A stretch of 64,000 nt of DNA from Alphaproteobacteria bacterium (GTDB taxonomy: Bacteria > Pseudomonadota > Alphaproteobacteria > GCA-2731375): positions 57,726-121,725 of the forward strand of contig JASMDX010000049.1 of NCBI GenBank assembly GCA_030752605.1, given 5' to 3'. Under the pieces are notes generated by a model. It saw nothing but the letters and a program-made list of their open reading frames with translations. It had not been told where the DNA came from and did no database searches. A program made the position numbers and the translations under genes. Every line of letters starts with the position of its first letter. Position 1 is the stretch's first letter. Shown here one piece after another: positions 9,329 to 17,823 of the stretch.

Positions 9329-9745
9329 TCAGGCGAACTTGACTCGTGCCGTGCCGGGCGTGATGACATCGCCGTTTTCATTCTTGATAAAGACATCCAT
9401 GTCCACTGTGCTTACGTCGGTATCGATCGCCGTAATGGTACCGCCAGAGGTCAGCGTCTCGCCAATGTATGAGGCGCGCCGGTTGGAATAATTGAACTGC
9501 ACCAACGTGCCATTGTCGCCCATCCAATTGACCACCACTTGATTTAGCCAATCGCCCTGCAGGGGCCCATCGATAACCACGCCGGGATGTTTTTCCACGT
9601 TCGTTGTATAGGGCTCGTCATAATGAATGCGGTGGGGATTCCATATCGCTGCGTTGTAGCAGAACAAGGAAACATTGGTCGCTGTATGCTGACGCTCGGG
9701 CAAGGCCTCGCCCACGGACAGCTTGGAAATATCAAGACTGCTCAT
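9329..9745 (-). CDS. MaoC-like hotdog-fold dehydratase subunit
   Basis: 138-aa hotdog-fold-like sequence. Its start overlaps the upstream gene's stop by 4 nt. Confidence 0.6.
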   Translation of the reverse strand: MSSLDISKLSVGEALPERQHTATNVSLFCYNAAIWNPHRIHYDEPYTTNVEKHPGVVIDGPLQGDWLNQVVVNWMGDNGTLVQFNYSNRRASYIGETLTSGGTITAIDTDVSTVDMDVFIKNENGDVITPGTARVKFA

Positions 9746-10197
9746 CGCATGATCCTCGTCTGTTTTTCTTCTAAAACCAACTCACCCGCCTCGGTCTCGA
9801 CACGCAGGTTATAGACGACGAAAATCAATGGCCCGGTGCTGCCCTGTTTTTCGATCAGATCGGCCAACGAACGAGTTGCCACCAGTTTGTCGCCAGGATG
9901 GATGGAGCGGTGAAAGGTCATCTCGGTACCGCCCGCCATGACCCGCTTCAATGGCAGATCGGGCAAGAATGAATCCTTGGGCAGGCCATCCGAACCCAGT
10001 TCAGCTAGAGGCGCGATAGGCCGCAAGGCGCCGAACAGGAACATCGCGGGCGCTTCGTCGCCATTCAGGAATTTTTCCTGTTGCTGCTCCGTAGAGATGG
10101 AATATTTGATGATGTCGCTGCGGTTGACTTCAACATGAACTGGTTCGCCCTCGCGCCCGATCCAGGATCTTGCCTCCGCGCTAATTAACTCACTCAC
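9742..10197 (-). CDS. Hotdog-fold protein (N-terminal half of a split MaoC/FAS1-like hydratase)
   Basis: 151 aa, translationally coupled to 9329-9745. The arrangement resembles two-subunit (R)-specific enoyl-CoA hydratases (HadAB-like). Confidence 0.55.
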   Translation of the reverse strand: MSELISAEARSWIGREGEPVHVEVNRSDIIKYSISTEQQQEKFLNGDEAPAMFLFGALRPIAPLAELGSDGLPKDSFLPDLPLKRVMAGGTEMTFHRSIHPGDKLVATRSLADLIEKQGSTGPLIFVVYNLRVETEAGELVLEEKQTRIMR

Positions 10198-10321
10198 TTT
10201 TCAGCCCCTCCTACACTATGCCGCCTTACCTTGGCACTCCATAGTGGCAGACGGGGGGAGCGAGGTGAAGGGGCCGGATGAATTAGTGGAGAAAACCGGA
10301 GCAGCACACCCGTTCCATATC

Positions 10322-11485
10322 TCAATCCAGTTGCAGGCTACGTTCCACGATCCGGGCAAAGAAACTGGCGCCATAGACCAGAGCCTCGTCATTGAAGTCA
10401 TAGCCCGGATTATGCACCGGCGTGCTATGCGCTCCATTGCCCACGTGGATATAACAACTGGGGACCTGCTCTGACATAAAGGCAAAATCCTCTGATCCAG
10501 TACCGGGCGGCAGATCCTTCCTGACCTGATCGGCACCGACCAGTTCATCGCAAACTTCCACCGCCAGTGCAGTCGGTTCCTTGGCGTTGAAAACGGGGTG
10601 AAAAATAACGCGGAAATCCATCTCGGCGCTGGCCTCATGACCCTCGGCGTTGTTCTTGACCAATAGCTCCATGCGGCCCTGGATGCGCTCCATCACGTCC
10701 ATGCTCATGGTCCGCACCGTGCCCGACAACCGCGCGGTCTGCGGGATCACGTTATAAGCATCCCCGGCATGCACCTGGGTAATGGACAATACGGCAGTGG
10801 TCGATGGCGGCAGATTACGGGCCACGATAGTTTGCAGGGCGCCAATCATTTCGCCCGCGATCATGACCGGATCAATGCCGTGATCGGGATGGGCCCCATG
10901 GGCGCCCCTGCCCTGGATATCGATATCGAAAAACGCCCCGGCCGCCGTCCGTAACCCCGAGGCGGCGCCATAATGGCCCACCGCCATGCCGGGCCGATTA
11001 TGCATGGCATAGAGAGTATCGCAGGGGAACTGTTCGAACAGGCCATCTGCGATCATCGCCTTGGCGCCGCCGATGCCTTCTTCCGCCGGTTGGAATATGA
11101 AGTTTACCTGGCCGCGAAAATTTTGGCTGCCGGCAAGATACTTGGCCGCCGCCAATAGCATCACCGTATGGCCGTCATGGCCGCAGGCATGCATAACACC
11201 ATCCTTGGTGGAACGATGGTCAAAATCATTCCGTTCCATAATCGGCAGGGCATCCATATCTGCGCGCAAGCCTACCGCCCTGGTCTCGTTACCGACCTTG
11301 AGGACGCCAACGACTCCGGTCTTGCCAATGCCTCGGGTCACCTGAATGCCGAATTCCTCCAGCTTGGCGGCCACGAATGCAGCCGTGCGCTCTTCCTCCA
11401 GACCAAGTTCGGGATGGGCATGAATATCACGCCGCCAGGCGACAAGCTCCTCCGCCATGGTGGCGATTTCTGCAACGATGGGCAT
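10322..11485 (-). CDS. M20D-family amidohydrolase (hippurate hydrolase / N-acyl-L-amino acid amidohydrolase-like)
   Basis: HACGHDGH metal-binding motif. The start is assigned to the ATG at 11485 (MPIVAEIATMAEEL), which is preceded by a GAGGAAAA RBS. The ORF-track start at 11599 is probably too far upstream. Confidence 0.85.
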   Translation of the reverse strand: MPIVAEIATMAEELVAWRRDIHAHPELGLEEERTAAFVAAKLEEFGIQVTRGIGKTGVVGVLKVGNETRAVGLRADMDALPIMERNDFDHRSTKDGVMHACGHDGHTVMLLAAAKYLAGSQNFRGQVNFIFQPAEEGIGGAKAMIADGLFEQFPCDTLYAMHNRPGMAVGHYGAASGLRTAAGAFFDIDIQGRGAHGAHPDHGIDPVMIAGEMIGALQTIVARNLPPSTTAVLSITQVHAGDAYNVIPQTARLSGTVRTMSMDVMERIQGRMELLVKNNAEGHEASAEMDFRVIFHPVFNAKEPTALAVEVCDELVGADQVRKDLPPGTGSEDFAFMSEQVPSCYIHVGNGAHSTPVHNPGYDFNDEALVYGASFFARIVERSLQLD

Positions 11486-11589
11486 GGATTTTCCTCTTGT
11501 CTCGACAATTAAGATACCGGCCCAGGATGGCATAGCTGTTGCCGACAAAGCAAAGCATAGCCGTGACGTGGACCTGAACTCCGGCAAAA

Positions 11590-12152
11590 TCCGGCCCATT
11601 CCTCTTGACCCTTATTTGGATGCCGATGAAATAATCCGGAACCAGGAAACACTCGAGCAAACCCTTGCCGCGATTACACGCTTCGTTCGAGAACGGTTGG
11701 CGCCTCACGAGGAGCAGGTCGACCGGGAAGGCCGCATATCCGAAGAAATTGTCAATGAAATGCGCGCCCTCGGCTTGGCGGGCCTGACGCTGCAAGAGGA
11801 ATTTGTCGGCGCTGGCCTGACGATCGAGGACAAGATTTCGGTCACAATGACCATGGCTAGACCTCGACCGCGTTTAACTGCCAGCTGGCGTCGAATGCAA
11901 TTCCAGGCCACGTCCTGGTTGCATCGGGCAGCGAGGAACAACGGCGCGCCTGGCTTGATAACCTGGCCACGGGCGAGGTCACAGCTTAGTTCGCCTTGAC
12001 GGAGCCTGATGCGGCCTCTGTAACCGCCTCCATCCAAACCATGGCGCGCCGGATGGGGATGCCTACGTGCTGAACGACACGAAGCGCTTCATCACCAATG
12101 CGCCCTATGCGGATGTCTTTCGGGTGCTGGCGCGGACCGATCCGGACGATTG
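11590..12152 (+). pseudogene. Acyl-CoA dehydrogenase gene fragment (N-terminal and middle domain only, frameshifted)
   Basis: ETLEQTLAAITRFVRERLAPHEEQVDREGRISEEIVNEMRALGLAGL is an ACAD N-terminal domain. A second frame continues with ...VASGSEEQRRAWLDNLATGEVTA (TAG). A third frame gives [14 protein letters not shown] and then ...[32 protein letters not shown] (TGA). No C-terminal catalytic domain follows before the next gene at 12184. Confidence 0.55.
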
Positions 12153-12183
12153 AAGTCCGCGGGCATATCGACCTTTTTCATAG

Positions 12184-13320
12184 CTATCCTTCGCTCCGGA
12201 AGTCCCGAATGAAATCCGCGTCCGGTATCGCGCCCAGCCCAGCGCCCGTGGGCAAGGTCATATTTCCGTCCACAATGGCGGGCAGGCCACCGGTCAGCTG
12301 TTCGCGCAGTGGATTTGGATTGGCATCGATCTCCAGCATGCCGCCGCCGCCCGCCGCCGCCAGGCAGTGGCCCGAGGCCAATAGGCCGATGGCACCGGCG
12401 AGGAAATGCGGGCAATAACTTTGTCCGGCCGCGATAATGCGCCGGGCCAGCGGCAGGGTCTTGGTGAAACCGCCCCATTTGCACATATCCGGCTGTACTA
12501 CGGCCAATACCTTGGCCGCGATATAATGATCGAACTGCACATCGCCCAGAAGATTTTCGCCGGCCGCCAGCGGCGCGCCAGGAAGTGCCGCGATACGCCG
12601 CCAACTGTCCAAACCCTGATCGGCCGCGATGGGTTCCTCAATCCAGGTCAGATCGAATTGGGAATATTCGGGCCAGTTGCCGCAGGCGGTCTCCAGATCC
12701 CAGCTTTGATTGACATCGGTCATCAGGCGATACTGGCCGATCAACCGCCGTACGCCAGCAAGGGCGGCAAGATCGGTGTCCCTACCAAAGCCGATCTTGA
12801 CCTTGAAGGCGGTGTAACCTTCCTCTAACTTGCCTTCGACAATGCCTTCAAAGCCGCGCGGATTAAGGCCGGAGGCATAAACCGGAATGGTATCGCCTTG
12901 CCCTCCCAGCAGGCGCCAAAGCGGCTTACCCGCGCGCCGAGCCGCCAGATCCCAGAGCGCGATATCGACACCGGCGATGGCCTGGGCGAAAGCGCCCGGC
13001 TCGCCAGTTTGGATGGTCATGATGTGCGTGGCCTGGGTCATGGCCGCGAAGGCAGCGGCGGGCGTATCCCAGCTCTCCGCCAACGTGATGGGCGCCAGAT
13101 AATCCCGGATCAGATGGGCTCTGTTTTCGGCGCCATGCATGGGAAAATTTCCGAAAACCTCGCCCCAACCGACGGCGCCGTCGCCATCCTCGACCCGGAC
13201 CAGCAGGACGGCGCGTTTGGTCAAGGCGCCGAATGACGTCATCACCTGCGTGTCGATGGGAGCATGCAACAAGACCGGCTCGACCTTGACGATGTTCAGA
13301 TTAGGCAATTCTTTAGACAT
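12184..13320 (-). CDS. Enolase-superfamily enzyme (MR/MLE family), third paralogue
   Basis: FKVKIGFG (KxK motif), LMTDVNQSW, IEEPI and AAGENL. 378 aa. Confidence 0.85.
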   Translation of the reverse strand: MSKELPNLNIVKVEPVLLHAPIDTQVMTSFGALTKRAVLLVRVEDGDGAVGWGEVFGNFPMHGAENRAHLIRDYLAPITLAESWDTPAAAFAAMTQATHIMTIQTGEPGAFAQAIAGVDIALWDLAARRAGKPLWRLLGGQGDTIPVYASGLNPRGFEGIVEGKLEEGYTAFKVKIGFGRDTDLAALAGVRRLIGQYRLMTDVNQSWDLETACGNWPEYSQFDLTWIEEPIAADQGLDSWRRIAALPGAPLAAGENLLGDVQFDHYIAAKVLAVVQPDMCKWGGFTKTLPLARRIIAAGQSYCPHFLAGAIGLLASGHCLAAAGGGGMLEIDANPNPLREQLTGGLPAIVDGNMTLPTGAGLGAIPDADFIRDFRSEG

Positions 13321-13326
13321 ATTCGT

Positions 13327-14568
13327 TTACCCCGCCCCACCCCCGACGATGCCTTCGTCGTGCAATTCGCCAATTTCACCTTCGCTTAAGCTCAGGATAT
13401 CGGCCAAGATCTGGTCCGTATGCTCTCCCAAGGCCGGCGCCGGTTGGACCGCTTCGCGGGGCGCGGCGCCGAAATCAAGGGGAGAACCCGGTGTCAGATA
13501 ACTGCCGATGCCTGGCTGTTCCACCTCCTCGAATACCGGGTTCTGCGTGGAACAGCGCCAATCTTCCTCGAGAGCCTGCGCGACGCTCTGATATGGTCCC
13601 CACGAAACGCCTCCGGCGGTCAGAACCTTGGTCAAATCGCCGAAATCCTGGCCCGCACACCAAGGCTCCAGCAACGCAACTATCTCCGCCGTAGCTAAAA
13701 AGCGGTCGCCTTCCTGGCGCAGATTCAGGCCGCACCGAGCCTCGATCTCAGCCACGCCATCGGCAATGCCGGCAGTTTGCACCAAGGCCGGCCATTGCCG
13801 GCCCGTAATCGCGACAATCATCACCCGGCGGCCATCCCTAGTCACGAAATCCCGCCCAAAAGCGCCATAAAGCTCGTTGCCCGTGGCCGGGCGTTCGTCG
13901 CCGTTAATCTGAGTTTCGCCGATAAAGCCCAAGGTTCCCATGGTGGCAAAGGCCACGTCCGTCAGGGCCAGGGAAATGAACTGCCCCTCGCCCGTCAAAC
14001 GCCGATGCCGGTCGGCAGCCAGGATGCCATTCACCGCCGCCAGGCCCGTGGCTATATCCCAGGCCGGCATGACATGGTTGACCGGGGCCTCCGCGCCCGC
14101 CGGTCCCGTCAAATTGGGAAAGCCGGTAGCGGGATTGACCGTATAGTCGACCTCGGATGATCCATCGCGGTTGCCCTTGATGTTCAGCATGATCAGGTCG
14201 TCGCGCTGGGCCTTTAGGTTGTCATAGGACATCCAGCCGGAGGTAGGGAAATTGGTCAGAAAAAAGCCGTTATTCTCACTTTTATCCATGGGCGCGCAGA
14301 TTAGCTGGGTCAACAACTCGCGGCCTCTGGGATTGCGGATATCCACGGCGAAGGATTTCTTACCCTTGTTCAGGCCGGCCCAATAGAGGCTTTCACCAGT
14401 CCCGGTAACCGGCCAGCGGCGGTAGTCAAGACCACCGCCCAGAGGGTCGAAGCGGATTACCTCGGCGCCCATTTGCGCCAGGGTCATGCCCGCGCTGGGC
14501 GCCGCGATAAAGGCCGAACCTTCAATGACCCGAAGGCCGCGCAAAATACCGTTCATGATAAACTCCAC
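13327..14568 (-). CDS. Family III CoA-transferase (CaiB/BaiF)
   Basis: GLRVIEGSAFIAAPSAGMTLAQMGAEVI N-terminus and overall family-III architecture. The real start may be the ATG at 14556 (MNGILRGL). It lies 6 nt upstream of the enolase gene. Confidence 0.8.
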   Translation of the reverse strand: MEFIMNGILRGLRVIEGSAFIAAPSAGMTLAQMGAEVIRFDPLGGGLDYRRWPVTGTGESLYWAGLNKGKKSFAVDIRNPRGRELLTQLICAPMDKSENNGFFLTNFPTSGWMSYDNLKAQRDDLIMLNIKGNRDGSSEVDYTVNPATGFPNLTGPAGAEAPVNHVMPAWDIATGLAAVNGILAADRHRRLTGEGQFISLALTDVAFATMGTLGFIGETQINGDERPATGNELYGAFGRDFVTRDGRRVMIVAITGRQWPALVQTAGIADGVAEIEARCGLNLRQEGDRFLATAEIVALLEPWCAGQDFGDLTKVLTAGGVSWGPYQSVAQALEEDWRCSTQNPVFEEVEQPGIGSYLTPGSPLDFGAAPREAVQPAPALGEHTDQILADILSLSEGEIGELHDEGIVGGGAG

Positions 14569-14608
14569 ATTCAGAGACTAAATTAAAACCATAATCTAAC
14601 GTGTTGTA

Positions 14609-15430
14609 TTACATAAATGGACTGGGATCGGACAAATGATGCGCCGTCAGCTCTGAGGTCAAATAGTCAAAGGCATCATCGATACTGTCGGCGCGGTGAA
14701 ACAGATTCAGATCCTCTTCGTTGATGGTACCGAAATCCACCAGCGCGTCAAAATCCACCACCCGGTCCCAGAATTCCTTGCCGTACAGCACAATGGGTAC
14801 TTTCTTGCGGATCTTGCTGGTCTGCATCAGGGTCATGATCTCGAACAATTCGTCCAGGGTACCGACGCCGCCGGGCATGGCAATGATCGCCTTGGAAAGA
14901 TAGGCGAACCAGAATTTACGGATAAAGAAGTAATGGAATTCAAAGGCCAGGGCGCGGGTCACGAACGGATTGGCGAACTGCTCGAACGGCAGCGAGATAT
15001 TCAGACCGATGTTCAGTCCCTTGGCTTCCGAGGCGCCTCGGCTGGCTGCCTCCATGATACCGGGACCACCGCCCGTGCAGATCACGAAGCGTTTGTCGTT
15101 TCGATCCAGGTTCTTTGACCAATTTGTCAGACGGGCAGAAAGTTCGCGGGCTTCTTCGTAATAGCGGGACATTTTCACCGCTTTTTCCGCCTTAGCCAGA
15201 TCACCTGCCGCGCCGGCAGCCTTGGCCGTATCAAGCGCTTTGCCCGCGGCTTCAGCTGATTTAATGCGGGCAGAGCCGAAAATCACGATGGTGTCACGCA
15301 CCTGCGCCTGGCGGAAACGCTCCTCGGGCTCCATATATTCGGCCATGATACGCAAGGGGCGGGCCGAACGGCCATTCAGGAAATCTTCGTCACGATAGGC
15401 CTTTACCGGATGAAACGGTTTGTCGATCAT
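14609..15430 (-). CDS. LOG-family (TIGR00730) Rossmann-fold nucleotide-binding protein / putative nucleotide 5'-monophosphate phosphoribohydrolase
   Basis: TGGGPGIMEAASRGA and PGGVGTLDELFE motifs. 273 aa. Confidence 0.8.
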   Translation of the reverse strand: MIDKPFHPVKAYRDEDFLNGRSARPLRIMAEYMEPEERFRQAQVRDTIVIFGSARIKSAEAAGKALDTAKAAGAAGDLAKAEKAVKMSRYYEEARELSARLTNWSKNLDRNDKRFVICTGGGPGIMEAASRGASEAKGLNIGLNISLPFEQFANPFVTRALAFEFHYFFIRKFWFAYLSKAIIAMPGGVGTLDELFEIMTLMQTSKIRKKVPIVLYGKEFWDRVVDFDALVDFGTINEEDLNLFHRADSIDDAFDYLTSELTAHHLSDPSPFM

Positions 15431-15592
15431 GCATATTCCCCCATGTTTACGCGGCCTTTACCCGATTTATCCTAATGTCCCAGTTCACGAACCCGCGGCG
15501 GCTGGCGCCGCTTCTATAGGAAATGTGAGAGCGATCACTGGCGAACAGCACTGAAACCACCAGATATTTAGCCAAGAGCTGGAGGGAACCGT

Positions 15593-16048
15593 ATGTCGCA
15601 TCTGACCTATGAACAAGAAGCTTCGAGCCGTCAATCTCAGATAATTGCCGCAAACATCGGCGGGCCGATCATTTCGAGCGAATTGTCCAGGTACCTGGTT
15701 GTCAGCACCGTGGCATTGGCGGCGGACGTGGGTTTTTTGTACACTCTGTCCGCAGGTCTTGGGGCTCACTACCTGTTTGCCAATCCCATTGCTTTTACCC
15801 TTGGCGCCCTGGTGGCCTATTTCGGCTCCGTTCATTGGGCTTTTCGTGGCCGCAGGTTGTCCAATACGGGCCTGGAATTGGCCATTTTCGTGGCTATCGG
15901 CGTTGGCGGTCTGGCCGTCAACGAAAGCATGATGTGGCTCGGCATCGAGTTTGCGGCACTATCGCTGCTATTTGCCAAGACGGTGGCTGCCGTGACATCC
16001 TTCGCCTTTAACTTCATCATGCGCAAATTAGTCCTGTTCTCCATCTGA
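15593..16048 (+). CDS. GtrA-family membrane protein (polysaccharide-synthesis/flippase accessory)
   Basis: 151 aa with four predicted TM helices and a GtrA-like hydrophobic profile. It ends 9 nt before the next gene. Confidence 0.7.
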   Translation: MSHLTYEQEASSRQSQIIAANIGGPIISSELSRYLVVSTVALAADVGFLYTLSAGLGAHYLFANPIAFTLGALVAYFGSVHWAFRGRRLSNTGLELAIFVAIGVGGLAVNESMMWLGIEFAALSLLFAKTVAAVTSFAFNFIMRKLVLFSI

Positions 16049-16056
16049 GACCCGAC

Positions 16057-17646
16057 ATGACTGAAAAACAGACGGCGATCATCATCGGCGGCGGCCCCGC
16101 CGGCCTGACCACGGCGCTAGAATTGCTGGAGCGCACGAATATCAAGCCCATCGTTTACGAGGGCTCGGACAATGTAGGCGGGATTGCACGCACCTATCTG
16201 CACGCGGGCAACCGTATCGATATTGGCGGGCATCGTTTCTTTTCCAAATCCGACCGGGTCATGAACTGGTGGTCGAGGATCCTACCCCTGCAGGGCCGCG
16301 AGGAAGAGAAATCCGCATCTATCAATTTGAATTTTCAAAATAATTCCCGCTGGCTGGAGATGCCCAGCGATGGCCCAAACCCGGATCAGGTGGATGACGT
16401 CATGCTGGTCAGGGCGCGCAAATCACGCATCCTATGGAATGGCAAGCTGTTTGATTATCCGCTGTCGCTGAATATGAAAACCTTGCGCAAGATGGGTTTG
16501 GGCACCACCATGTTGGGCGGTTTCAGCTTTCTGCGTAGCCAGATCGCGCCCATCCGACCCGAAGCGTCCCTGGAAGATTTTTTCATCAACCGGTTTGGCC
16601 GCCGCCTCTACCAAACTTTCTTCAAGGATTACACAGAAAAGGTCTGGGGCGTGCCATGTGACAAGATTTCTTCCGAATGGGGCGCGCAGCGCGTTAAGGG
16701 TTTGTCCTTGCTTGGCATTGTCATACATGCCCTGGGCGCAGTTTTTCGCAGCAAGAGCGATCTGGTGCAAAAGGAAGTCGAAACCTCGTTGATCGAAAAG
16801 TTTCTCTATCCCAAACACGGTCCAGGCCAGATGTGGGAGCGGGTGACCGAGATGATCCGCGAGCGCGGTGGCGAAGTTCACATGAACTGCAAGGTCACCG
16901 GCCTACGCCACGAAAACGGCCAGGTTACCAGCGCTACCATGATGAACGGCACCGGCACGCCCGAGGCCGTGGCAGGCGATTACTACTTCTCCACCACCGA
17001 TGTGCGGCAATTGATGGGGGCAATCAAGCCGTCCCCGCCAAGCACCGTCCTCGAGGTCTCGGATGGCCTGATTTACCGGGATTTCATCACTGTGGGCCTG
17101 TTGCTGGAGCGGTTGAAGCTGGGCGGTGACGCCACCGGGCAGGATATTGGCGAAAAGATGTCCGATAACTGGATCTACGTTCAGGAAACCGGCGTCAAGG
17201 TGGGCCGGTTGCAGTTTTTCAATAACTGGAGCCCCTATCTGGTCGCCAATCCCGATCATGTCTGGATTGGTCTGGAGTATTTCTGTGACGAGGGCGACGA
17301 TTTGTGGCGCATGGATAACAACGCCCTGGCCGCCTTCGCAATTCAGGAATTGCAGAAAATCAATGTCATCGAACCCGATGCGGTGCTGGATTATGTGGTG
17401 ATCCGAGTGCCAAAAACCTATCCGGCATATTTCGGCAGCTACGACCGATTCGCTGAGGTTCGCGACTTTACCGACGGTTTGGAGAATCTTTTTCTGTTGG
17501 GCCGCAATGGCATGCACCGCTATAACAACATGGATCATTCCATGCTGACTGCCATGGTAGCGGTGGATAACATTATTGCCGGCAAGCGCGATAAATCGAA
17601 TATCTGGTCTGTCAACACCGAAGCCGAATATCATGAGGAGAAATAA
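16057..17646 (+). CDS. NAD(P)/FAD-dependent oxidoreductase (UDP-galactopyranose-mutase / amine-oxidase-like Rossmann family)
   Basis: [16 protein letters not shown] dinucleotide-binding motif at the N-terminus. 529 aa. Confidence 0.8.
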   Translation: MTEKQTAIIIGGGPAGLTTALELLERTNIKPIVYEGSDNVGGIARTYLHAGNRIDIGGHRFFSKSDRVMNWWSRILPLQGREEEKSASINLNFQNNSRWLEMPSDGPNPDQVDDVMLVRARKSRILWNGKLFDYPLSLNMKTLRKMGLGTTMLGGFSFLRSQIAPIRPEASLEDFFINRFGRRLYQTFFKDYTEKVWGVPCDKISSEWGAQRVKGLSLLGIVIHALGAVFRSKSDLVQKEVETSLIEKFLYPKHGPGQMWERVTEMIRERGGEVHMNCKVTGLRHENGQVTSATMMNGTGTPEAVAGDYYFSTTDVRQLMGAIKPSPPSTVLEVSDGLIYRDFITVGLLLERLKLGGDATGQDIGEKMSDNWIYVQETGVKVGRLQFFNNWSPYLVANPDHVWIGLEYFCDEGDDLWRMDNNALAAFAIQELQKINVIEPDAVLDYVVIRVPKTYPAYFGSYDRFAEVRDFTDGLENLFLLGRNGMHRYNNMDHSMLTAMVAVDNIIAGKRDKSNIWSVNTEAEYHEEK

Positions 17647-17823
17647 CTGATCCTTCAGCTTCGTTGATGCGAGATAGATGCCGCGTGCCTTAATACTGAT
17701 TTTATCGATCCTTGCCTTGCCGCCTGCCCGATGGTGGATGGGTGGCCGTCGGGACGGCGCGATTTTCCGAGTTGAACTATTCGACGGCGACATGCGCCTG
17801 GTCCAGGCGCAAAAGCTGGCGGC

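Noticed and set aside
10216-10638. 140-aa minus-strand ORF (MRPAPRWISALFF...)
   Set aside because: It lies almost wholly inside the well-supported M20 amidohydrolase gene in another frame. Probably spurious.
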